This document shows positions 27,975-36,210 of a stretch of 64,000 nt of DNA, one piece after another (positions within the stretch are counted from its first letter, which is position 1; each line of letters starts with the position of its first letter). The DNA lies in NCBI GenBank assembly GCA_963667505.2, contig OY763490.2:3245773-3309772 (forward strand), read 5' to 3'. The notes under the pieces were generated by a model. The model made no database searches and was not told where the DNA came from. It saw only the letters and a program-made list of their open reading frames with translations. The position numbers and the translations under genes were made by a program. Source of the stretch: Acidimicrobiales bacterium (GTDB taxonomy: Bacteria; Actinomycetota; Acidimicrobiia; Acidimicrobiales; Aldehydirespiratoraceae).

Positions 27975-29189
27975 GTGAAGATGCACGTCGGCGAGCATGA
28001 AGCTGACGGCTCGCCCGTGGTGCCGTCCGACTATCGCGACTCGTTCAAGCGCGCGTATGCGGCGGACTCCGACCGGGCGACGAACTACATCGTGCACACG
28101 ATGGTGGCCGACCCGGTCTGTGACGAGATGATGGACCAGCTCGCCGCGGCTCCGATGGACGACTCGGACCGGTTCTTGCGGGCGGCCGTCGAGGATCCCG
28201 ACGATCCGGCGCTGAAGGACGCTCCGCCCGCGGTGCACGCCTTCGTCGAGGAGTTGGAGACGGTGCCCGACTGGGTCGACTTCGCAGACTTCACCGGCGG
28301 CGTCCGGGCCTTCCACCGGGACTCGGGGACGTGCCTGGCCGCGATGCTGGGCGGTGTGCTCGTCGAGGGCTTCTCCACCACCATCGCCAAGTCCTTCTTC
28401 ATCACCGGGCGGCTGCGCGATCAGGGGGTCAGGCGCCTGCACCAGAACAACCGTCACATGATCGAGATATTCCTGCCGTCCGGCTTGGAGACGAAGAACG
28501 ACGGCTGGAAGCTCTCGGTGCGGATCCGGTTGGTGCATGCCAAGGTCAGGCAACTCTTCAACAGTTCCCACGATTGGGACACCGACGCGCAGGGGGTGCC
28601 GGTCAGTGCGGCCCAGACCGCTTACGCACTGACGGCCTTCTCGGCGAGGATGCTGCTGCACATGAAGGGGCTGGGTGCCAGATACAGCGACGAGGAGCGC
28701 GACAGCTTCATGGCTGTCTGGCGGTATTCGGGGCATTTGATGGGAATCCCCTCCACTATCCTGCTACGCGACTACGCCGACGCGCTGGAGCTGTTCAGGA
28801 TCGGCAGCTTGTGCGAGCCCGACCCGGACATCGAGTCGATCGTCATGGCAAACTCACTGGTGCACTCGGCGCCCCTCGTGGCCGGAATCACCGATCCGGC
28901 CGATCGCCGCAAGATGGCGAAGTACATTTTCACGGTGTCGCGCGCCATGATCGGCGAAGCGCTGGCCGACCGGCTGCAGTATCCGTCCGGTCGCACGCTC
29001 GGCGTGCTGCCCTGGTTCCGCGTCCAGCGGCGATACCACCGCTTCATGAAGGATCGGATCCCGATGCTGACCCGGGAGTCGAACTTCACCGCGTTCAGCA
29101 CTCTGCTCGAAGTGTCGGCCCTGAAGGAGTTGGACATCGGTTACAGACTCCCCGACCACGTCTACGCGGAGGAGTCGCGTAGCTGGTGA
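27975..29189 (+). CDS. MpaB/DUF2236-family oxygenase-like protein
   Basis: 404 aa. Central RIRLVHAKVRQ motif and overall helical composition are typical of the family. Start is 27975 (GTG) or 27981 (ATG). Confidence 0.5.
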   Translation: MKMHVGEHEADGSPVVPSDYRDSFKRAYAADSDRATNYIVHTMVADPVCDEMMDQLAAAPMDDSDRFLRAAVEDPDDPALKDAPPAVHAFVEELETVPDWVDFADFTGGVRAFHRDSGTCLAAMLGGVLVEGFSTTIAKSFFITGRLRDQGVRRLHQNNRHMIEIFLPSGLETKNDGWKLSVRIRLVHAKVRQLFNSSHDWDTDAQGVPVSAAQTAYALTAFSARMLLHMKGLGARYSDEERDSFMAVWRYSGHLMGIPSTILLRDYADALELFRIGSLCEPDPDIESIVMANSLVHSAPLVAGITDPADRRKMAKYIFTVSRAMIGEALADRLQYPSGRTLGVLPWFRVQRRYHRFMKDRIPMLTRESNFTAFSTLLEVSALKELDIGYRLPDHVYAEESRSW

Positions 29190-29212
29190 GTCCGGCGGCA
29201 GGGGGCTTTCCG

Positions 29213-29235
29213 CCAGCAGGTCGGAAGCCTGCTGG
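29213..29235 (+). terminator. candidate stem-loop terminator after the MpaB-like gene
   Basis: CCAGCAGG-tcggaag-CCTGCTGG (8-bp stem) begins 24 nt after the stop. No U-tract. Confidence 0.3.
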
Positions 29236-29408
29236 GCCGCGCTGCCGCCGCTGGCCGGGGCGCCGCCGACCGTGGGTAGATCGCTTGCATCCGCCCGCAC
29301 GAGGTAAGCCGCAGCCCGGTCGCGCGCATGGCACCGTGGCGCCGTGTAGCATCGCGACGGGTCACAGCCGACTGCGATCGATCAGCGATTGCGAGGAGAG
29401 CGATTTCA

Positions 29409-29750
29409 TTGGACATCAGCACTGAGCGGCATGGTGCCGTCTTGATCGCAAGGGCCGAAGGCCGCGTCGACGGATCCAACGCGCAGCAGTTCCATCAGGC
29501 GGTGGAGTCGGCGCTGGGCGCTGATGATCTGGCGATGGCGCTTGACTTCAGTCGACTCTCATACATCAGCAGCGCAGGTCTTCGCGTGGTGCTGTTGACT
29601 GCCAAAACGTTACAACAGCGGCGAGGGCGTCTAGTTGTATGCTCACTTCCCAATGGCATAAGGGAACTCTTTCAGATCAGCGGTTTCGACAAGATCATCA
29701 CCATATGCGAGTCTTGTGACGAGGCAGTTGCTGAACTCAACGGCAGTTGA
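29409..29750 (+). CDS. STAS-domain anti-sigma-factor antagonist (RsbV/SpoIIAA-like)
   Basis: DFSRLSYISSAGLRVVL contains the conserved phospho-Ser context. TTG start at 29409 is assumed; the tracked ORF begins at 29328. Confidence 0.75.
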   Translation: MDISTERHGAVLIARAEGRVDGSNAQQFHQAVESALGADDLAMALDFSRLSYISSAGLRVVLLTAKTLQQRRGRLVVCSLPNGIRELFQISGFDKIITICESCDEAVAELNGS

Positions 29751-29850
29751 ATACACGAGGCAGCCTGACGATGTTCAGATCTACTATGCTATTAGCCAGT
29801 TCGCGTGATTCTATACAAATCGGACCATCAACGAAAGCAATTCAAATCCA

Positions 29851-31014
29851 ATGATAGAGCCTCCATACAAAATTCTGGTTGTCGATGATGAACCGGACCT
29901 CGAGCCTTTGGTGTTGCAACGTATGCGGCGGCATATTCGATCAGGCCAATACATATTCACCTTTGCCCAGAACGGGATTGAAGCCCTAGAGTGCCTGAGA
30001 GAGGACGAAGAGATACTAATTGTCTTGTCCGATATAAATATGCCGAAAATGGATGGTCTCACACTCCTTGAGAACATTCCTAGCGTAAATCCCAATGTGC
30101 GTTCTGTGATCATTTCAGCCTACGGAGACATGAAGAACATTCGCACTGCGATGAACCGTGGTGCTTTCGACTTTGTGACAAAGCCGGTGGACTTCGATGA
30201 TCTCAAGTTGACAATTGAACGTACATTGCAGCATTTGCTGGAATGGACCGAGGCACTGGCCGCTCGCGACAGGCTTGTAACGATCCAGAACGAACTGAGC
30301 GTGGCCAGTACCATGCAACAGTCGATACTGCCTAGGAGTTTCCCTACGTCAGACCTCTACGACGTGTACGCCAGCATGAAGCCCGCACGATCAGTGGGCG
30401 GCGACTTCTTCGACATAGTCATGCTCGACGCTGGCCGTGTCGGCATCGCCATCGCCGACGTTTCGGACAAGGGCGTGCCGGCTGCACTGTTCATGATGTC
30501 CAGCCGCACGCTGTTGAAGGGATCAGCCATCGGGATGGAGGCGCCCGGGGAAGTCCTGCGCGAGGTCAACGACCTTCTATGCGAGAATAATGACACTGCA
30601 ATGTTCGTCACGCTCTTCTATGCGGTCTATGATCCCCTCAGTGGGCGACTCACGTACGCTAACGGCGGACACAACACGCCAGTTATCGTGGACACTACTG
30701 GCGGATCGAGACAGCTACCGATGACCGGAGGTGTGGCACTAGGATTGATGTCGGGCCTCGAGTATGATCACGACTCTGTCGTGCTGAGACCCGGTGAGAC
30801 AGTTGTTCTGTACACAGACGGTGTAACCGAGGCAATGAATCTCGAAAAAGAAGAGTTCGGAATGGAGCGTCTTGAGCAGATGTTTGAAGGGTCGCCTCCA
30901 AATAATGCCAAAACAGCCAACGATCTGATTTTTGACGCTGTGAATGAGTTCGCGGGCGACGCTCCACAATCCGATGACATCACATGCATGACACTACGTC
31001 GCAACGAGGAGTGA
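29851..31014 (+). CDS. response-regulator receiver fused to PP2C/SpoIIE phosphatase (RsbU/RsbY-like)
   Basis: REC motifs: ILVVDDEPD, VLSDINMPKMDG, FVTKP. PP2C motifs: GGDFFDI, ADVSDKG, YTDGVTEA, SDDITCM. Confidence 0.85.
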   Translation: MIEPPYKILVVDDEPDLEPLVLQRMRRHIRSGQYIFTFAQNGIEALECLREDEEILIVLSDINMPKMDGLTLLENIPSVNPNVRSVIISAYGDMKNIRTAMNRGAFDFVTKPVDFDDLKLTIERTLQHLLEWTEALAARDRLVTIQNELSVASTMQQSILPRSFPTSDLYDVYASMKPARSVGGDFFDIVMLDAGRVGIAIADVSDKGVPAALFMMSSRTLLKGSAIGMEAPGEVLREVNDLLCENNDTAMFVTLFYAVYDPLSGRLTYANGGHNTPVIVDTTGGSRQLPMTGGVALGLMSGLEYDHDSVVLRPGETVVLYTDGVTEAMNLEKEEFGMERLEQMFEGSPPNNAKTANDLIFDAVNEFAGDAPQSDDITCMTLRRNEE

Positions 31015-31016
31015 AG

Positions 31017-31436
31017 ATGGCCGAGAAGCTGGTCCTTGAAGTAGACAACCATCGCAGTGAACTCGATCGCATTACCGCGGCTGTCGAAGAGTTGGGAGAG
31101 CGTGAGCAATGGCCACCGGCGCTCGTGTTCAAGGTCCATCTTGCGCTCGAGGAATTGGTGGTGAACGTGATGACCCATGGTCGGCATGAGAAGATGCACG
31201 AGATACGGGTGACGCTCACCTCAGACGACGAGGCGGTGTCAGTGGAGATTATGGACGACGGCCTGCCGTTCGACCCGTTGAATGACGCCCCCGAGCCGGA
31301 CCTCACGGGCCAGATCGAAGATCGTCGAGTGGGCGGTCTCGGCGTGTTCCTCGTGCTGGACATGGCGGATGAAGTCAACTACGCCCGAGAGCACGGGAAG
31401 AACTGCTTCTTCATGAAAGTGCTCCGGGACGCATGA
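31017..31436 (+). CDS. HATPase_c-type anti-sigma regulatory Ser kinase (RsbW/SpoIIAB-like)
   Basis: N-box-like LALEELVVNVMTHG and G-box DDGLPFDP...GGLGVFLV. The ATG at 31017 lies 3 nt after the upstream stop. Confidence 0.75.
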   Translation: MAEKLVLEVDNHRSELDRITAAVEELGEREQWPPALVFKVHLALEELVVNVMTHGRHEKMHEIRVTLTSDDEAVSVEIMDDGLPFDPLNDAPEPDLTGQIEDRRVGGLGVFLVLDMADEVNYAREHGKNCFFMKVLRDA

Positions 31437-31467
31437 GGGACGGCCCCGGAGTGAGAGGATCGCTTCG

Positions 31468-32727
31468 GTGAGCCGGGCCGGGCTCTGCGTCTCGGTGGCA
31501 GTTCTGATCGTGGTCGGGTGCGGTTCGTCGGGACCCGGCGACGACAGCTCGGTCATCTCCACTACTGTGCCGGAGAGCTTCGACGGCGAGGTGGGCACGG
31601 CCCAGCCTGCCGCGGACGCTGGCCCGACCCCCGGCGTGTCGGACCAGGCGGTCGTCTTCGGTCAGTCCGCCGCGTTCAGCGGCCCGGCCGCGGAGTTGGG
31701 CACCAGCATGCGGCTCGGGGTCGAGGCCGCCTTCGCCGAGGCGAACCGCGGCGGCGGCGTCCACGGTCGGCGGTTGGAGCTCGTCTCCCTCGACGATGCC
31801 TACGAGCCCGAGGCGGCCATCGCCAACACCCGCACGCTGATCGAGCAGGAGCAGGTGTTCGCGCTGATCGGCGCCGTGGGCACTCCGACTTCCCGTTCGG
31901 CGACGCCGGTGGCCGCCGAGAGCGGTGTGCCCTACGTTGCTCCATTCACCGGCGCGGCCTTCCTGCGCGACCCGCAGTGGGAGAATGTGATCAACCTCAG
32001 AGCCTCCTATTACCAGGAGACCGAGGAGATGGTGGAGCGCCTGACCTCCGACTTGGGCGTCGAGCGGATCGCGGTCATGTACCAGGACGACTCGTTCGGC
32101 CGGGCTGGGTACCGGGGCGCCCTCCAGGCTCTGGAGCGCCGGACTATGGAGCCCGTGTCTCTGGGGGTGTACACGCGCAACACGACTGCCGTGAAGTCGG
32201 GGTTGCTGGACGTGCGCCAGGGCGATCCCGACGCAGTCATCATCGTCGGAGCCTACAAGCCGGTGGCGTCGGTGATCACCTGGGCCCGGGTACTCGGGAT
32301 GGACGCCGTGTTCATCACCCTCTCCTTCGTGGGAAGCAACGCCCTCGCTGAGGAGCTTGGCAGCTACGCTCCCGGCGTCTTCGCCACGCAGGTGATGCCG
32401 TTTCCGACCGACGCCACGGTGCCGGCTGTGGCCGCCTACCTCGAGGCGCTGTCCGCGCACGATCCGGAGGCCGATCCGGGGTTCGTGTCCATCGAGGGCT
32501 ACCTGGCCGGGCGGCTCGCCATCGCCAGTCTCGAGCTGTGCGGCCCAGAGCTCGACCGGGCCTGCTTCCTGGCGAGCTTCAATGACTTGAGGGCCGAGCA
32601 CCTCGAGAGCTTCGAGCTGGACTTCGGACCCGACGACAACCAGGGTTCCGACGCGGTGTTCCTGACGGTGATCGACGAGAACGGCCAATACCGGCCCATC
32701 GAGACGATGTTGGAGGCGACTCGATGA
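31468..32727 (+). CDS. type-1 periplasmic binding protein (Leu/Ile/Val-binding family) lipoprotein
   Basis: Lipobox VLIVVGCGSS. Motifs GQSAAFSGPAAELG...LIGAVGTPT. No cognate ABC permease or ATPase nearby. Its stop overlaps the kinase start (ATGA). Confidence 0.75.
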   Translation: MSRAGLCVSVAVLIVVGCGSSGPGDDSSVISTTVPESFDGEVGTAQPAADAGPTPGVSDQAVVFGQSAAFSGPAAELGTSMRLGVEAAFAEANRGGGVHGRRLELVSLDDAYEPEAAIANTRTLIEQEQVFALIGAVGTPTSRSATPVAAESGVPYVAPFTGAAFLRDPQWENVINLRASYYQETEEMVERLTSDLGVERIAVMYQDDSFGRAGYRGALQALERRTMEPVSLGVYTRNTTAVKSGLLDVRQGDPDAVIIVGAYKPVASVITWARVLGMDAVFITLSFVGSNALAEELGSYAPGVFATQVMPFPTDATVPAVAAYLEALSAHDPEADPGFVSIEGYLAGRLAIASLELCGPELDRACFLASFNDLRAEHLESFELDFGPDDNQGSDAVFLTVIDENGQYRPIETMLEATR

Positions 32728-34973
32728 CGGATCTGCGCGGCGAGATGAAGGAACGGCTGGCGCAGCTCGCCCGGATGCGCTATCGCATATCGACAAGGCT
32801 CTACGTGGGCATCGGAACCTCGGTAGTGCTCACGATCCTGGCCGCTCTCGTCGGCCTCTTCTCGTTCAGCCAGGTCGCCGACGGCCAGAACAGGGTCAAC
32901 GAAGGCAGCGTGCCGTCGCTGGCGGCCGCGTTCAGGGTGGCGCAACTCAGCGGCGAGCTGGTCGCCACCGCGCCGGGCCTGGGCGCCTCGTCTCGTAGTG
33001 ACTTCGCATCGCTCTCCGCGAGTGCCGACACAACTTACTCCCATTTCGCGGAGAGCCTGGCCGCGCTCGAAGAGGCCGGCATCAGCGAAGCCCAGCGGGA
33101 TGAATTGCAGAGACTCAGCGCGAGGCTTCTCGCCAATGTCGAGGAGATCAAGGCCGACAAGCTCAAGATCTTCGAACTGGCCGAGAGCAGGGAGAGCCTC
33201 AAGTCCGAGTTGGACGAAGTGAGCGCAAGGCTCGACGTCACGCTGATTCCGACGATTGACGACCAGTTCTTCTACACCATGACGGGGTATCGTGCGCTTG
33301 CCGGCATTCGGGCGACCCGTTCGGTTCACCTGGCCGAGCGCGAGGTGGCGCACTACCGCTACCTGGCCGAGCTGCAGGCCGATGCTGACACTGCGGCGCA
33401 GCTGCTGGCCAGTGCGTTCGCGGTTTCGGACGCCTCCAGCGTCGAGCCGCTGATCGAGCGTTTCGAGTCGGCGCAAGGCCGTGTGGAGCGAAGCCTGTCG
33501 GGTTTGCAGGACTCGTCGGCTCGCACCCGGCTGCAGCCCATCTTCGATCAACTCCTCAGCCTGGGAGGTGAACAGGGCGGATTCGTTCTGAGGGTTGAAG
33601 AACTCAGGCTGATAGAGCACCAGGGGCAGCTGCTCCAGGACAACCGGGCGATCGCCGCCGACCTGCTTCACGGGGTCAACGATCTGGTCGGCTCGGCTGA
33701 GGCTGAGGTTCGGGCGGCCACCGACGCCTCGGAGGAGGCGATGGCCACGGGTCGGGCCCTGCTGCTGGCTATCGCGGCGATCGGCGTCGGCGGAGCGGTG
33801 CTGATCGTATTGCGGGTGGGCCGGGTGCTGGTGAGCCGACTGGCTCGCATCTCGGCCTGGATGCGTCGCATGGCGTCGGGCGACTTGGAGGCCACCGAGG
33901 AGATCGAGGGCCGCGACGAGGTGACCGAGATGGCCGCGGCGCTGGAGGTGTTCCGACAGCACGCTCTCGAGGTCCAGCGCCTGAACCTGGTGGAGATGCT
34001 GGCCGAGGAGCTCAAGGAGAAGAACGATCAGCTCGAGGAGGTGCTGGAGGACCTGCAGAAGGCCCAGGATCAGATCGTCATGCGGGAGAAGCTGGCCGCC
34101 CTCGGCGAGCTGACCGCGGGCGTGGCCCACGAGATAAAGAACCCGTTGAACTTCGTCAAGAACTTCTCCGAGGTGTCCGGGGAGCTGATCGAAGAGTTGA
34201 GGGAGGCGATCGACGACATCGGCGACGGGATCGAAGAAGACCAGAAGTCGTACATAGAGGAGATCTCCGATGATCTAACCGGCAATCTGGAGCGGATCCG
34301 CTCACACGGCGACCGGGCCAACCGCATTGTGCACGACATGCTGCAGATGGGCCGCGACACCGGCGAGTGGCAGATGGCGAAGATCAACGACCTCCTGGAG
34401 GAACACTCCCGTCTCGCCTATCACGCGGCTAGGGCCAATGACTCGGACTTCCAGCTCGACCTCAAGTTCGATCTCGATCCCGAGATCGGCCGCATCGAGG
34501 TGATACCGCGCGACCTGAGCCGCGTGTTCTTGAACATGATCGGCAACGCGGGCGACGCCACCGACGAGAAGCGGCGCAAGCTGCTGGCAGGCGACATCCA
34601 ACCGGCCCCCTCGGAGGAGTCCGAGCCCTACATGCCCACACTGTGGATTTCCAGTCGCCGTGATGCGGAGAAGATCGAGATCCGCATCAAGGACAACGGC
34701 ATGGGGATCCCTCCCGACGTGGCCGACAAGATCTTCAATCCGTTCTTCACCACCAAGCCCACCGACCGGGGAACCGGCCTGGGCCTGGCCATCTCGAGCG
34801 ACATCGTGCGCCAGCACGGCGGCAGCATCCGTGTGGAGTCCGAGCCGGGCCTGTCCACCGAGATGATCATCGAGCTGCCGCTGGAGCCGCCGCAAGCGGC
34901 ACGAGAGGCCGAACTCGCCCAGGCCGAACAGGCCGACGACGAGCCGTCTGCCGAGGAGCCGGTCGGAGTCTGA
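32724..34973 (+). CDS. sensor histidine kinase (TM - about 300-aa extracytoplasmic domain - TM - HAMP - coiled coil - HisKA - HATPase)
   Basis: H-box AGVAHEIKNPLNFV, N-box FLNMIGNAGDA, G-boxes IKDNGMGIP and GTGLGLAIS. HAMP after the second TM. No receiver domain. Confidence 0.85.
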   Translation: MTDLRGEMKERLAQLARMRYRISTRLYVGIGTSVVLTILAALVGLFSFSQVADGQNRVNEGSVPSLAAAFRVAQLSGELVATAPGLGASSRSDFASLSASADTTYSHFAESLAALEEAGISEAQRDELQRLSARLLANVEEIKADKLKIFELAESRESLKSELDEVSARLDVTLIPTIDDQFFYTMTGYRALAGIRATRSVHLAEREVAHYRYLAELQADADTAAQLLASAFAVSDASSVEPLIERFESAQGRVERSLSGLQDSSARTRLQPIFDQLLSLGGEQGGFVLRVEELRLIEHQGQLLQDNRAIAADLLHGVNDLVGSAEAEVRAATDASEEAMATGRALLLAIAAIGVGGAVLIVLRVGRVLVSRLARISAWMRRMASGDLEATEEIEGRDEVTEMAAALEVFRQHALEVQRLNLVEMLAEELKEKNDQLEEVLEDLQKAQDQIVMREKLAALGELTAGVAHEIKNPLNFVKNFSEVSGELIEELREAIDDIGDGIEEDQKSYIEEISDDLTGNLERIRSHGDRANRIVHDMLQMGRDTGEWQMAKINDLLEEHSRLAYHAARANDSDFQLDLKFDLDPEIGRIEVIPRDLSRVFLNMIGNAGDATDEKRRKLLAGDIQPAPSEESEPYMPTLWISSRRDAEKIEIRIKDNGMGIPPDVADKIFNPFFTTKPTDRGTGLGLAISSDIVRQHGGSIRVESEPGLSTEMIIELPLEPPQAAREAELAQAEQADDEPSAEEPVGV

Positions 34974-34977
34974 CCCG

Positions 34978-36210
34978 TCAAGCGCGGGCGCTGGGCCCGT
35001 ACGAGAGATGCATCAGCTCGCCGCTCGCGAAACGCGACGGCCGAAGGGCCCGGGCGTCGATGGCCGGCGCGTCGCCTACCTGATCGACGCCCAGAACGGC
35101 CGCGGCCGCGATCTCGCCCAACGCGGGCGACAGCTTGAGCCCGTGGCCGGAGAGGCCCACCGCCAGGTACAGGCCGGCCACGGGGCCGATCTCTTCGGCC
35201 CATCCCAGGATCGGGTGATAGTCCGGCGAGATGTCGTAGGCGCCGCTGGTCCTCCACACCACTGAGCCCGCCTCAAGGGTCGGGAGCCGCTCGGCCATGG
35301 CCCGAGTGATGCGGGCAGCGTGCGCCGTGTGATCGGCATGCGAGGCGTCGGCGAGCGGGTCATCGACCGGCGGCATCTCCGGGGGATAGGCCACTGCCAG
35401 CACGCGCCGGCCCATGTCGGGGCGGATCACCAGATTGGAGTTGCCGTCGGTGATGCAGGTGTGCAGTCCTCTCGCTCCCGGCGGCTGCGCCAGCATGGCC
35501 ATGTCGAGGCGCCGTCGTTCGACGGGCACGTCCACGCCCAGTGGATCGAGCAGATCCCGGGCCCATGCGCCCGTAGCCGCCACCACGACCGGCGCCCGGA
35601 TCGGGCCCCTCGAGGTGGCCACTCCGGCGACAGCGCCGTCGGACACCAGAATCTCCTCCACTGCCAATGGCGTCAGTACGGCCGCGCCCGCGCCCGCGGC
35701 CGCGGCCAACCAGCTCAGCACCATCTTGGTGACGTCGATATAGCCGCCGTCGGGCTCGTACGCTCCGCCCGCGATTCCGGCCGCATTCACCAGCGGCTCG
35801 ATGTCGACGATCTCGCTGCCGCGCACGAAGCGGGTGTCCACTCCGAGGCTCCGGCCCAGCTCGATGTTGTGGCGGAGCCCGCCGAGCTGGGCTTCTGTGA
35901 CCAGCAGCATGTAGCCGAACCTCGCGTAACCGGGATCACCGAACCCCACCGCCGCGTCCCAGTTGCGTATGCAGTGGAACCCTCTCTGGGCGATGCGCAC
36001 CATCAACTCGTTGGAGTAGTGCTGACGGATCTGGCCGAACGTGCGCCCCGAGATCCCCCCCACCGGCGGTCGGGCGTCGACCACCGCGATGCGCCGACCG
36101 GAGTGCCGAGCCAGTTGGTAGCCGATGCTCGCACCGGTCACGCCGGCGCCGATCACGACCACGTCGACCTCCGGCGGCACCGGCTGGCTGGGCCGGGGGC
36201 GGCCGCTCAC
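34978..36210 (-). CDS. FAD-dependent oxidoreductase (DAO family; glycine/sarcosine/D-amino-acid-oxidase-like)
   Basis: VDVVVIGAGVTGASIGYQLA. The GTG at 36210 overlaps the malate synthase stop (GTGA). The upstream 109 aa of the tracked ORF are Arg/Pro-rich and non-coding-like. Confidence 0.7.
   Translation of the reverse strand: MSGRPRPSQPVPPEVDVVVIGAGVTGASIGYQLARHSGRRIAVVDARPPVGGISGRTFGQIRQHYSNELMVRIAQRGFHCIRNWDAAVGFGDPGYARFGYMLLVTEAQLGGLRHNIELGRSLGVDTRFVRGSEIVDIEPLVNAAGIAGGAYEPDGGYIDVTKMVLSWLAAAAGAGAAVLTPLAVEEILVSDGAVAGVATSRGPIRAPVVVAATGAWARDLLDPLGVDVPVERRRLDMAMLAQPPGARGLHTCITDGNSNLVIRPDMGRRVLAVAYPPEMPPVDDPLADASHADHTAHAARITRAMAERLPTLEAGSVVWRTSGAYDISPDYHPILGWAEEIGPVAGLYLAVGLSGHGLKLSPALGEIAAAAVLGVDQVGDAPAIDARALRPSRFASGELMHLSYGPSARA

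Larger units (their letters stand above)
29400..31440. other. low-GC compositional island (partner-switching module)
   Basis: The first 60 nt of the REC-PP2C gene count 28/60 G+C. AT-rich intergenic at 29751-29850. Flanks are about two-thirds G+C by eye. Confidence 0.7.
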
